Source: Fidelibacterota bacterium (GTDB lineage: Bacteria > Fidelibacterota > Marinisomatia > Marinisomatales > Marinisomataceae). Taken from it: DNA of 64,000 nucleotides. The notes beneath the pieces are model-generated. The model was not told where the DNA came from. It saw nothing but the letters and a program-made list of their open reading frames with translations, and did not search any database. How positions within the stretch are numbered: the first letter of the stretch is position 1; each line of letters opens with the position of its first letter. The stretch spans positions 13,828-77,827 of the forward strand of contig JABHGE010000003.1 of assembly GCA_018672235.1 (NCBI GenBank), written 5' to 3'. Both the position numbers and the translations under genes were made by a program. Below are positions 10,607 to 20,274 of the stretch, piece by piece.

Positions 10607-11335
10607 ATGAGATCTGCTAACCCTGCATTAAATAATAACACTTTTAGAAATACTAGACGGGTTGCTCAATCCGAGGCGATGACTATTGATGGAACAGTTA
10701 ATAAAACTGCGCTAGGCCTACTGCTGCTTATGACGTCGGCTATCTATAGCTGGAATAATCCTGCAACAGCTTTGATGCTATTTTGGCCAATCACTATTTT
10801 TACTTTCATATTACTGATGATTACTATCTTTAATAAGAAAGCTGCACCATATACTGTGCCGCTTTATTGTCTTGCTGAAGGAGTAGTTCTTGGTGGTATA
10901 TCTGCTATGGCAGACGCCATGTACCCTGGCATCGCTAATCAAGCTATTTTTTTAACATTTGGAATTTTAATAGCTCTATTGCTGTTATATAAAAGCAAAC
11001 TTATTGAGGTGACAGATAATTTTAGATTGGGTGTATTTTCTGCAACTTTTGGCATTTTAATTGTTTATGTCTTAAATATGATATTATCATTTTTCGGGGT
11101 CTCGTTTATGGGATCGCTCTTTGGAAATGGAACTACTGGTATTTTATTTTCATTATTTGTTATTGGAATCGCATCCATGAATTTAGTCTTAGATTTTGAT
11201 TTTATAGAGAAGGGAGCAGCAAATGGTGCCCCTAAATATATGGAATGGTATGGTACATTTGGGTTAATGATTACCTTAATTTGGCTCTATATTGAAATTC
11301 TAAATCTTCTGATGAAACTGCGTAGTAGAAGATAG
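10607..11335 (+). CDS. Bax inhibitor-1/YccA family membrane protein
   Basis: MRSANPAL...MTIDGTVNKT start, ~7 TM helices, C-terminal LVLDFDFIE.G...GAPKYMEWY..FGL..TL.WLY.EIL motif. Confidence 0.88.
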   Translation: MRSANPALNNNTFRNTRRVAQSEAMTIDGTVNKTALGLLLLMTSAIYSWNNPATALMLFWPITIFTFILLMITIFNKKAAPYTVPLYCLAEGVVLGGISAMADAMYPGIANQAIFLTFGILIALLLLYKSKLIEVTDNFRLGVFSATFGILIVYVLNMILSFFGVSFMGSLFGNGTTGILFSLFVIGIASMNLVLDFDFIEKGAANGAPKYMEWYGTFGLMITLIWLYIEILNLLMKLRSRR

Positions 11336-11356
11336 CAATCCTTCCTCTTTAAAAGA

Positions 11357-11386
11357 TTGACATTAAGCTCCTCTTACAACTAAGTT
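11357..11386 (+). promoter_or_regulatory. Putative promoter of the TonB-dependent receptor (TTGACA-N18-TAAGTT)
   Basis: TTGACA at 11357-11362 and TAAGTT at 11381-11386; hexamers and spacing identical to the topA promoter candidate. Confidence 0.55.
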
Positions 11387-11474
11387 ACATCAACTAAGGG
11401 TAAATTCATCTCTATAGAGATAGAGGTGCGTACCAAATTTTTATTAATATGTACATAAAAAAAGGAAAAAAACA

Positions 11475-14267
11475 ATGAGAAAGCTATATAATATGATAGC
11501 ACTAGTTATGATATCCGGCTTTATGTTTGCACAAGGTTCAGTCTCAGGTACCGTGACTGACGGAGCAGGTAATGCTCTTTTTGGTGCAAATGTAACAGTT
11601 GAAGGAACATCATCTGGTGCTGCAACAGCAGCCGACGGATCATATTCAGTCGACGGTGTTGAAGGTGGTTCGTTTACCGTAACCGCTTCATACATTGGAT
11701 ATGAATCTGCAAGTGTTTCTGTAAATGTAGATGGTTCTGCAACCGCAAACTTTTCACTAGCATCTAGTGCAGTTTCTGGTAATTTAATCTCAGTTCTTGG
11801 ATCTCGTTTTGCAAGAAATGTAGACGAACAAGCAGTTCCAGTAGAAGTCATTACTGAGCTTGAAATTCGTGCATCTGGTTTCACAGAAACTAGTGAACTA
11901 TTACAAGCATTAGTTCCATCATATAATTCGCCTAAAGGCTATATTACAGATGGTTCAGACCATATGAGACCTGCTACTTTACGTGGTATGGCGCCAAATC
12001 AGACTCTAGTACTAGTAAATGGTAAAAGACGTCATCAAGGTGCATTAGTACACGTAAATGGTTCAGTCGGTCGTGGTTCAACTCAGGTTGACTTGAACGC
12101 TATCCCAGCAAGTGCAATCGCTAAGATTGAGGTCTTGCGTGATGGTGCTGCGGCGAAATACGGTTCTGACGCTGTCGCAGGTGTTATTAATTTAATATTA
12201 AAAGAATCAGGTGGAGCAGACATGAGTATTACCTATGGTCAAAATTTTTCTTATTTTGATCGAGGTTATGCTGCAGGTGAAGGCTTATTACCTGGTCAAG
12301 ATGACAGCTCATACGGTTGGGATCTTGATGGTGAAGGTTACAATGAAGGTACTGGATATTTGCCATATACCGCAGCTCGCGGATGGGCACGTTCAGGAAA
12401 TGAAACTGTTTTAAAAACAGATGGAAGAAGTCTAGTTATTCACGCTGGTAACGGCATGGAAGTACTGGGCGGAAATCTATACATAAGTGGTCAAATTCGT
12501 GACGGTGGTCGTTCAAACCGTGCGGGTCTTGATCCAAGAAGACAGTATTTCGCTGGTATGGATGCAGAAGAAGCTGCATTTGACAGAGAAAATCATCGTA
12601 TTGGTGCTGGTGAATTCGAGCAAGTAAGTATGATGTGGAATGGTAGTTTCCCTATGGAACGTGGCACTTTATACACATTTGGTGGATTTAATACACGAAA
12701 TGGTGAAAGTGGATGTTACTACAGAAGAGCACAAGATAACCGTACTCTTCGCGCATGGTATCCAGATGGATTCTTACCTTTAATTAGCCCAGAACTTTCA
12801 GACAAATCTTTTGCAGTTGGAATGAAAGGTCTTATGGGAGACTATGCTTACGATCTAAGTGTTAACACTGGATCAAATGATTTTAAATGGAGAATGACAA
12901 ATAGTCATAATGCAACTTATGGTACTGGACCAGGACAACAGTCTGAGTTTGACCTAGGAACATTAGGCTATTCTCAAACTACCGTTAATTTTGACTTAAC
13001 AAAACAAGTGGAAATGGATGGATTTGCTGGACCAGTAAGTCTTGCTATGGGTGCTGAAATGCGTATGGAAAACTATACTATTGAAGCCGGTGAAGAAGCA
13101 GGTTATGCTGACGGCGGTTTTGATGTATTAGATGGTCCAAATGCAGGAGCTGGTGCCGCAGTTGGTTGTCAATGTTTACCAGGATTATCTCCTACAAATG
13201 AGCAAGATCGTGACAGAGATGCGGTTAGTGTCTATGTTGATGCTGAAGCAGACGTTCTTGAAAACTTATTAGTAAACGTTGCGTTAAGAACAGAAAATTA
13301 TAGCGATTTTGGAGCAACAACTAATGGTAAAGTTGCTGTAAGATATGAGATACAAGATGGTGTAGCTGCTAGAGGTTCGTTTAGCACAGGATTTAGAGCA
13401 CCGGCTTTACAAGAAGCTTATTTCTCATCTATTGCAACTAACTTTATCGATGGAATACCTTACGAAGTAGGAACTTTTCCAAACGATTCAGAACCAGCTA
13501 TCGCTCTAGGAGCAAAAGACCTTGAGCCAGAAACATCAACAAACCTTTCAATGGGTATGACTTATAAAGATGATACCTTCACTTTAGCAGTAGATGCTTA
13601 TCAAATTAAAGTAGATGATCGTATTACTATGAGTGAAACATTTAATGGTTCAGGTGCTACTTCTGATATGGCAACATTCTTTGCTGACAGAAATATCCCT
13701 GCAGTTGGTGGTAGATACTTCTTTAATGGAATTAATACTGAAACAAACGGTTTAGACATAGTTGCGACTATGACTCAAGACCTTTCAAATGGTTCACTGC
13801 TATTAAAAGCAGCTATGAACTTTAACGATACTGAAGTTACAAACAAGGGCGACCTAGTAACTCCATCAGAATTAGCTGACTACACAACAGATGAGTTGTT
13901 AGGCCGTGCTAATACTGTTAGATTTGAAAGCTCATCTCCTGCAGAGATGTTCCAATTCTCAGCAAGAGTTCAAAGACCAACTTCAACATGGATGGTTAAA
14001 ATGAATCGTTGGGGTGAAGTAACAATTCCTTCAGGAACTGTTGAAAGAGAACAAGTATTAAGTGGAAAATGGACTACAGACATGGAATACTCATTCCAAG
14101 CAACTAGTCAAGTACGTGTTTCATTTGGTATGAATAATGTTTTCGATGTTTACCCAGACAAAACAGTTAAAAGAAATAGTTTCAATGGAATATTCCAGCA
14201 TTCTGGATATAGTCCATTTGGATTTAACGGACGTTACGTATACACTCGTTTAGATATGACTCTATAA
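11475..14267 (+). CDS. TonB-dependent receptor with N-terminal carboxypeptidase-regulatory-like domain
   Basis: Signal peptide, GTVTD...GANV..ASYIGY domain, plug motifs LRGM.PNQTLVLVNGKR and IEVLRDGAAAKYGSDAVAGVIN, barrel motifs STGFRAP and L.PETS, C-terminal GRYVYTRLDMTL. Confidence 0.95.
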   Translation: MRKLYNMIALVMISGFMFAQGSVSGTVTDGAGNALFGANVTVEGTSSGAATAADGSYSVDGVEGGSFTVTASYIGYESASVSVNVDGSATANFSLASSAVSGNLISVLGSRFARNVDEQAVPVEVITELEIRASGFTETSELLQALVPSYNSPKGYITDGSDHMRPATLRGMAPNQTLVLVNGKRRHQGALVHVNGSVGRGSTQVDLNAIPASAIAKIEVLRDGAAAKYGSDAVAGVINLILKESGGADMSITYGQNFSYFDRGYAAGEGLLPGQDDSSYGWDLDGEGYNEGTGYLPYTAARGWARSGNETVLKTDGRSLVIHAGNGMEVLGGNLYISGQIRDGGRSNRAGLDPRRQYFAGMDAEEAAFDRENHRIGAGEFEQVSMMWNGSFPMERGTLYTFGGFNTRNGESGCYYRRAQDNRTLRAWYPDGFLPLISPELSDKSFAVGMKGLMGDYAYDLSVNTGSNDFKWRMTNSHNATYGTGPGQQSEFDLGTLGYSQTTVNFDLTKQVEMDGFAGPVSLAMGAEMRMENYTIEAGEEAGYADGGFDVLDGPNAGAGAAVGCQCLPGLSPTNEQDRDRDAVSVYVDAEADVLENLLVNVALRTENYSDFGATTNGKVAVRYEIQDGVAARGSFSTGFRAPALQEAYFSSIATNFIDGIPYEVGTFPNDSEPAIALGAKDLEPETSTNLSMGMTYKDDTFTLAVDAYQIKVDDRITMSETFNGSGATSDMATFFADRNIPAVGGRYFFNGINTETNGLDIVATMTQDLSNGSLLLKAAMNFNDTEVTNKGDLVTPSELADYTTDELLGRANTVRFESSSPAEMFQFSARVQRPTSTWMVKMNRWGEVTIPSGTVEREQVLSGKWTTDMEYSFQATSQVRVSFGMNNVFDVYPDKTVKRNSFNGIFQHSGYSPFGFNGRYVYTRLDMTL

Positions 14268-14292
14268 TTAATACCGTTACATAACTGAATAA

Positions 14293-14329
14293 AATAAAAA
14301 GCCTCTATTTTTTGTAGAGGCTTTTTATT
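14293..14329 (+). terminator. Intrinsic terminator downstream of the TBDR
   Basis: AATAAAAAGCCTCTA-loop-TAGAGGCTTTTTATT inverted repeat with T tract. Confidence 0.8.
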
Positions 14330-14341
14330 ATCTTTCATATC

Positions 14342-16132
14342 ATGAGAATAGACTACACCATACTAACATCAATCTTGTTACTATTTTTCAGTTGCAATAC
14401 ACCTGAAAATTCAAAAGGTGGGGTTTCTTCTACGTCAAGTATTGCATCGCAAGTAGGGATTGATATTTTAGAACAAGGTGGAAATGCTTTTGACGCAATT
14501 GTAGCAACAGGGTTTACTCTAGCAGTAACCTCTCCTTCTAATGGAAATCTGGGTGGTGGTGGATTTCTAGTAGCACAGACTTCAGATGGAGAAAAAATTA
14601 GTTTAGATTTTCGCGAAGAAGCGCCTGCATTATCTTATGAAACTATGTTTCTTGATGAAAATCAAGAATATAGTCGTGATCTTGCTCTTAATTCTCATAA
14701 ATCATCTGGTGTGCCAGGAACTGTCAATGGTTTAATACAAATTTTTAATGATTATGGCTCAGGAAAATTTACATTAGAAGAGCTATTAGTGCCTGCAATT
14801 TTCTATGCTGAAAATGGTCATCGCATTAATGCGGAAGCTGCACAAGGATTTGATTCATATAAAGCTTTATTTCTTAACGATGAAGGCTCAACAAAGATTT
14901 TTGTAAAAAATGTAGATGATACCATTCTAAACATTCAGAAAGCATTTCAAGATGGAAAGCTATCTCAAGAAGACTATACCAAACAATTAGCATCAATTGA
15001 CGAGTGGTTACCAGGAGACTTATTAGTACAAACAGACTTAGCTAATACACTAAAACGTATTGCCAAATATGGTAATGCTGGATTTTATGATGGCGAAACT
15101 GCAGAGTTGATTATTAGGGAGATGGATTTAAATGATGGATTCATTACCAAGGAAGATTTACTGAGCTACAAATCTATTTACAGGGATCCTATAGTCGGAA
15201 CATATAGAGGTAATAAAATTATTTCTATGGGACCCCCAAGCTCAGGCGGAGCTTTATTAGTGCAGATGCTCAATATGTTAGAAAATTTTGATATTAAATC
15301 TATGGAAAGAAACTCGACAGAGTTTGTACATCTTTTAACGGAAGTACAACGATTAGCTTATGCGGATAGAGCAATACACTTAGGAGATCCAGATTTTTGG
15401 CCTAATCCGATACCAATGCTTACATCAAAAACATATGCAAAAGAACGCTTGGCGTTAATCTCTATGGATTCAGCGACGCGTAGTACAGAAATTGCTGCTG
15501 GGAAGAATCTTCCACAAGAAAGCATAGAGACAACACACTATTCTGTTATGGACAAAGAAGGCAACGTTGTGGGTATTACCACTACTCTTAATATGAGCTA
15601 TGGTAGTAAAAAAGTAGTCGATGGCGCTGGATTCTTGTTAAATAATGAAATGGATGATTTTTCATCAAAACCAGGAACAGCTAACGCTTTTGGTTTGGTA
15701 GGATACAAAGCAAATGCCATTCAACCATTTAAACGACCATTAAGCTCTATGAGCCCTACATTAGTTATTGATACCAATGGGAACCCTATAGTAACAATAG
15801 GAGCTGCTGGTGGCTCAAGAATTATTACTGCAGTATTACAGAACATAATAAGTATAGTAGATCATGGATTGAATATACAAGAAGCTATTGATTTTCCAAG
15901 AACACACTCTCAATGGTTGCCAGATAATCTCCGATATGAAAAAGGTGCATTAACTCAGCAAACGATTAATGAGCTAGAAGAATTAAATCATCTTTTTGAG
16001 CATGATGGTGTTACAGAAAATGGGCTATACGGTATAGCGCAGACTCATGGTGTACATTTTAAAAATAAACAATTTATAACCGGCTTTGATAAACGAGGAT
16101 CATACGATGAAAATGAAGGCATTACATATTAA
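14342..16132 (+). CDS. ggt: Gamma-glutamyltransferase (likely lipoprotein)
   Basis: GGNAFDA, LDFREEAP, GVPGTV, catalytic ETTHYS, LNNEMDDFS, RPLSSMSP and GAAGGSRI motifs; FFSC lipobox-like N-terminus. Confidence 0.95.
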   Translation: MRIDYTILTSILLLFFSCNTPENSKGGVSSTSSIASQVGIDILEQGGNAFDAIVATGFTLAVTSPSNGNLGGGGFLVAQTSDGEKISLDFREEAPALSYETMFLDENQEYSRDLALNSHKSSGVPGTVNGLIQIFNDYGSGKFTLEELLVPAIFYAENGHRINAEAAQGFDSYKALFLNDEGSTKIFVKNVDDTILNIQKAFQDGKLSQEDYTKQLASIDEWLPGDLLVQTDLANTLKRIAKYGNAGFYDGETAELIIREMDLNDGFITKEDLLSYKSIYRDPIVGTYRGNKIISMGPPSSGGALLVQMLNMLENFDIKSMERNSTEFVHLLTEVQRLAYADRAIHLGDPDFWPNPIPMLTSKTYAKERLALISMDSATRSTEIAAGKNLPQESIETTHYSVMDKEGNVVGITTTLNMSYGSKKVVDGAGFLLNNEMDDFSSKPGTANAFGLVGYKANAIQPFKRPLSSMSPTLVIDTNGNPIVTIGAAGGSRIITAVLQNIISIVDHGLNIQEAIDFPRTHSQWLPDNLRYEKGALTQQTINELEELNHLFEHDGVTENGLYGIAQTHGVHFKNKQFITGFDKRGSYDENEGITY

Positions 16133-17063
16133 CAAACTATTGATTTTAACATTATTTTTTGTAATCAGTTGCGGTGGAAATAATCGTGCAACACAATCTA
16201 CAGTTCCAATTCCTGTTGTAGTATATACCCCAGGCGACCTAGTATCAGACGGACAAGGCTATATTCAATATAGAGTAGGAAATACTCCTGTTATTATCAC
16301 TGTACCTCATGATGGAACGCTAGTCCCTTCTAATATGGCAGACAGAATAGGAGATGTAGAACGTGCAGTGAATACCAGAAAAGTTGCAGAGCAATTTGCA
16401 GTATTCTTTAATGCAAACTCTAATGGCCTTTTTCCCCATATCATTTATAACAATGTAAGTCGTACAAAATTAGATCCCGATGCCAATCTAATGGATGGTG
16501 CGCAAGGAAATAGTTATGCCAACCTTTCGTATGGTACATATCATAGCTACTTACAAACAGCAATTGATTCTGTTGAAGCAAACTTTGATTCAGGGATATT
16601 ATTAAATCTAGTTGAACATGATAATGCAACACAACAATTTGAACTTGGTTATCTACTTTCAGAGAGCGAGTTGAATTTATCCGATGCAGAACTTAATAAT
16701 GGTTATAGTACTCTATCTAGCATCAGCCAATTATCTTCTATTTCTGCAGCAACATTTTCAGAGGTATTAAGAGGATATAGCAGTTTTGGAAATTTCTTAT
16801 TTGCAGCATCCTATAATGGTTCTTCTTACCAAGTAGTGCCAAATCTGGACAATCCAAATGCTCCTTCAGGTGGATATACTTCAGGGGGTTTTACTTTAAC
16901 AACTTACGGTAAAGAGCGATTGGGTAAAATTAATGCTATTGAAGTAGCAACTCCATATTCTGGGTTTAGAGATAATGCTAATGCTTATCGTGCAGTGGGA
17001 GTTGTTCTCGAAGATGCAACTTACAGATTTTATCAAGAACAGATTGGTATATCTATATACTAA
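16107..17063 (+). CDS. Lipoprotein with N-formylglutamate amidohydrolase-like fold (degenerate)
   Basis: GAGGA RBS before ATG 16107; lipobox VISC; 'GNTPVIITVPHDG', 'SRTKLDPD', 'YHSYL' and 'GGFTLTTYG...INAIEV' resemble FGase-family segments. Confidence 0.5.
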   Translation: MKMKALHINKLLILTLFFVISCGGNNRATQSTVPIPVVVYTPGDLVSDGQGYIQYRVGNTPVIITVPHDGTLVPSNMADRIGDVERAVNTRKVAEQFAVFFNANSNGLFPHIIYNNVSRTKLDPDANLMDGAQGNSYANLSYGTYHSYLQTAIDSVEANFDSGILLNLVEHDNATQQFELGYLLSESELNLSDAELNNGYSTLSSISQLSSISAATFSEVLRGYSSFGNFLFAASYNGSSYQVVPNLDNPNAPSGGYTSGGFTLTTYGKERLGKINAIEVATPYSGFRDNANAYRAVGVVLEDATYRFYQEQIGISIY

Positions 17064-17081
17064 TATAGTAGTATAAAAAAA

Positions 17082-18182
17082 TTATTTTAGTGCATTGGCT
17101 TTGTTAAGATACTCTGTAGCATCTTCTAATCTACCTTCACCAAAATAGGTACGATATACACCATAATAGTATTGTGCGTTATTTGGATCAGAATCAATTA
17201 ACTCTAGATAATAAGTTCTAGATTTTCTCCATCTCTCTGCTTGCTCAAGTGCTTTTGCAAGCCCCAATAAAGCTTCTTTATCATCAGGAGCTAAAAAATA
17301 TGCTTCTTCAAAGTTATATTCCGCTTCTTCAAATTCATTCATTTTCAAATAAACTAAACCTCTATTAAAGAATAAATCTATCTTTTCTTTATCGTCATTA
17401 GAATTTTCAATTGCTGCATTAAGATTTTTCAATGCAGGCTCAAATTTATCTTGTGCAAGATATAATGCACCTAAACTCTTCAATGCAGACACTTCAAGAG
17501 GATTAACTTCTAAGGCCCTTTCGTAATAACTTAAACCTTTATCAAATGCTCCTAAGCGTACTGAGCTTTGTCCAGCACTGACAAGCAATGCTAATTGGAC
17601 ATCTTTATCTATATCTGGCAATGCTAGTGCTTCATCAATATTTTTAAAGGCATTCTCTTTATCTCCTTTGATCGAATAATAAAGTCCGAGCAATGCATAT
17701 GAACCTGGCTGTGCCGGGTCTAGCTCTTTTGCTTGTGATAAAGTTTGAATTGCTTGATCTACTAAAGCATCTCGCTGTTCTTCCCCTGCCGCTCTATTTA
17801 ATAGGGCTAAAAATCCTTGACCTCTATAATAGATTAAATTATAGCTTTTTGCTAGTGAGGCTGAAACAGCCTGTGACATTAATATTTTTTTATCATTTGG
17901 AGTAGGTCTAATTTTAGCACTTGCCACCGCAGTGCTAGCAATATCCATATATTCTTTTACTTTTGTCCACTCTTGAGTTCTAGGATAAATTTTATCTCCT
18001 AGATGAAATGCTGCTTCCCATTTATCTTTAGGGTGATTTAAAGCTTTCAACAAAAATTCTTTGGCTGCGTCCCATTCCCTATCTTTTAATCTGATTTTTG
18101 CAGATTCTAAATCTTGCCCAGCAAAAAGTGTAGAGACTAGTATTAGTGTAATAAAAAAGTTTTTTATAGCGTTTATAAACAT
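17082..18182 (-). CDS. Secreted tetratricopeptide repeat protein
   Basis: Signal peptide, multiple TPR units (YERALEVNP, FFNRGLVY, ALLGLAKAL) and a GGAGG RBS. Confidence 0.88.
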   Translation of the reverse strand: MFINAIKNFFITLILVSTLFAGQDLESAKIRLKDREWDAAKEFLLKALNHPKDKWEAAFHLGDKIYPRTQEWTKVKEYMDIASTAVASAKIRPTPNDKKILMSQAVSASLAKSYNLIYYRGQGFLALLNRAAGEEQRDALVDQAIQTLSQAKELDPAQPGSYALLGLYYSIKGDKENAFKNIDEALALPDIDKDVQLALLVSAGQSSVRLGAFDKGLSYYERALEVNPLEVSALKSLGALYLAQDKFEPALKNLNAAIENSNDDKEKIDLFFNRGLVYLKMNEFEEAEYNFEEAYFLAPDDKEALLGLAKALEQAERWRKSRTYYLELIDSDPNNAQYYYGVYRTYFGEGRLEDATEYLNKANALK

Positions 18183-18203
18183 ATATCCTCCATTTATAGG
18201 AAC

Positions 18204-18232
18204 AAGTTAGTAGTATTATTATCAGATTTCAA
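18204..18232 (-). promoter_or_regulatory. Putative promoter of the TPR gene (TTGAAA-N17-TAACTT)
   Basis: Minus strand: TTGAAA at 18232-18227 and TAACTT at 18209-18204. Confidence 0.4.
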
Positions 18233-19134
18233 TAGGTAAGAGTAGATTTAACCCATTCTTTGCGTAATTGATATTCTTTATCGGGCACACTGACAATACC
18301 TTCGTGTGCAATATCTTCAATACAAAAAGATGCCATTGTTGCTCCAGCTATCATAGCGTCTTCAATATTTTTACCAGCCATTTTAGATGAAAGCAATCCT
18401 CCCGCAAAAGCATCTCCTGCCCCTGTAGTATCCATAACAGTCTTAACGGGATATGCGCCTATAGAAAAATGAGTATTGCTATCAAAAAAAGAGGCTCCAT
18501 CTTCTCCCTGCTTAATGATAAGACTATCTGTACCCATACTTAGTATACATTCTGCCATTTCTTTTAAAGTAGGGCTTGATAAACCAGATAGATACACAGC
18601 TTCATTATAATTGATGCATAATAAATTGGATTTAGAGATAATCTTCTTTAAATCGTCATTAGCTATATCCATATACAATTTAAATGTATCCAATATAACA
18701 AAAGGAGATGACTCAATTTGATCTAAAATAGTAAGTTGCAAGCTAGGATGTGTGTTTCCTAGCAATAAATATTCACACTTTTTAGCCTTTTCAGATAGAA
18801 TAGGTTTATATTTTTCTGAAACTCCCGGATCTACATACAGTGTTTCTCTTTTAGAAAAATCATATGCATATTCCCCTCCCCAAGCAAACGTTTTTCCTTT
18901 TTCTATTTTCAAATCATCTAAATCTATAGAATGACCCCCAAGAAGATCAAAGTGCTCTTTTGGAAAATCACTTCCTACCATCCCAACCAATTGGCATTCT
19001 TTTTGCTTAGTAGCTAGTAAGGCGTAAGAAGCGGATCCCCCTAGTACATCGGGATATGTTCCATATCTATTAACTATCTTATCGATACTTAATGAGCCAA
19101 AGACAAGTGCTTTATGTGAGTAATTTGAAGTCAT
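18229..19134 (-). CDS. PfkB family carbohydrate/nucleoside kinase
   Basis: GSLSID, LGGSASY, NYNEA, IKQGEDGA and DTTGAGDAFAGG motifs. Start reassigned to ATG 19134 to avoid overlap with mnmA. Confidence 0.9.
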   Translation of the reverse strand: MTSNYSHKALVFGSLSIDKIVNRYGTYPDVLGGSASYALLATKQKECQLVGMVGSDFPKEHFDLLGGHSIDLDDLKIEKGKTFAWGGEYAYDFSKRETLYVDPGVSEKYKPILSEKAKKCEYLLLGNTHPSLQLTILDQIESSPFVILDTFKLYMDIANDDLKKIISKSNLLCINYNEAVYLSGLSSPTLKEMAECILSMGTDSLIIKQGEDGASFFDSNTHFSIGAYPVKTVMDTTGAGDAFAGGLLSSKMAGKNIEDAMIAGATMASFCIEDIAHEGIVSVPDKEYQLRKEWVKSTLTY

Positions 19135-19167
19135 AATTTTTTTTATTAAGATAACAATGTAAACTAA

Positions 19168-20274
19168 ATGAAAAAAGAAAAAATAGTATTGGGGATTAGT
19201 GGTGGAGTTGATAGCTCTGTCGCTGCACTTCTTTTGCAAAAAGATGGATATGATGTGCATGGAGTATTTATGAAAAACTGGGACGATAAACATGCTATAT
19301 GTTCCGCAGAAGACGATTATGCTGACGCTTTAAGTGTATGTAAAAAACTGAAAATTCCTCTAAAAAAAATTGATTATACTGCTCAATATAAAGATAAGGT
19401 ATTTAAACAATTTTTAGATGATCATGTACATGGACTTACCCCAAATCCTGACGTATTATGTAATAAAGAAATCAAATTTGAAGTTTTTCAGAATTACGCC
19501 AAAGAAATAGGTGCAACAAAAATTGCTACAGGGCACTATGCAAATAACTATACGACTGACTCTACTTGCTATCTAAAAAAAGCAACAGACCAATCAAAGG
19601 ATCAAAGCTATTTCCTTCATCAGCTAGGACAATCTGAGTTAAAAAATACAATCTTCCCTTTAGGTAAAATTCTAAAAAAAGATGTAAGGAGTATCGCAAA
19701 AAAATATTCACTCATTAATCATAACAAAAAAGATAGTACTGGAATATGCTTTATAGGAGAAAGAAAATATAATGATTTTGTAGGAAAATATTTAACCATA
19801 GAAAAAGGAGGTATTCAATCACTTGATGGAGAAATTTTAGGTAAGCATGATGGGCATATTTACTTCACGATTGGCCAAAGAAAAGGTTTAGGTATTGGTG
19901 CAAGATTTAGCGCTGAAGACAAGCCTTGGTATGTAGTAAAAAAAGATACCTATCATAATATTGTCTTTGTGGCGCAAGGCGAAAATCATCCCGCCCTATT
20001 TAGTAAAAAAATTATAGTGGACGATATCAATTGGATAAATAAAAAACCTACAACTTTTCCAAGAAATTATTATGCAAAAGTAAGGTATCGAGATGAAGAT
20101 AAATTATGTACTGTCTTTTCTTTAGACAACAACACTTATTGCATTGAATTTGAATCAGAACAAAAAGCTATCACTCCGGGACAATCAATTGTTCTTTATA
20201 ATGAAGAAAATGTTTGTATTGGAGGTGGTATTATATCAAAAAGAGACATACCTTTTTTAAAGGAAACTATCTAA
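19168..20274 (+). CDS. mnmA: tRNA-specific 2-thiouridylase
   Basis: SGGVDS, MKNWD, TPNPDVLCN, ATGHY, KDQSYFL, DSTGICFIG and TPGQ motifs. Confidence 0.97.
   Translation: MKKEKIVLGISGGVDSSVAALLLQKDGYDVHGVFMKNWDDKHAICSAEDDYADALSVCKKLKIPLKKIDYTAQYKDKVFKQFLDDHVHGLTPNPDVLCNKEIKFEVFQNYAKEIGATKIATGHYANNYTTDSTCYLKKATDQSKDQSYFLHQLGQSELKNTIFPLGKILKKDVRSIAKKYSLINHNKKDSTGICFIGERKYNDFVGKYLTIEKGGIQSLDGEILGKHDGHIYFTIGQRKGLGIGARFSAEDKPWYVVKKDTYHNIVFVAQGENHPALFSKKIIVDDINWINKKPTTFPRNYYAKVRYRDEDKLCTVFSLDNNTYCIEFESEQKAITPGQSIVLYNEENVCIGGGIISKRDIPFLKETI

Noticed and set aside
11418..11474. AGATAGAGGTGCG resembles the 5' start of the lysine riboswitch
   Set aside because: Only about 45 nt of AT-rich sequence remain before the ATG, far too short, and none of the other L-box helices is present.
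11444..11884. 146-aa antisense ORF, and the other short antisense ORFs such as 381-710, 52576-53016 and 59755-60027
   Set aside because: Shadow frames of well-supported genes, with no motifs or RBS.
19135..19293. Apparent head-to-head overlap of pfkB and mnmA
   Set aside because: Artefact of the longest-ORF start; PfkB homology begins near ATG 19134.
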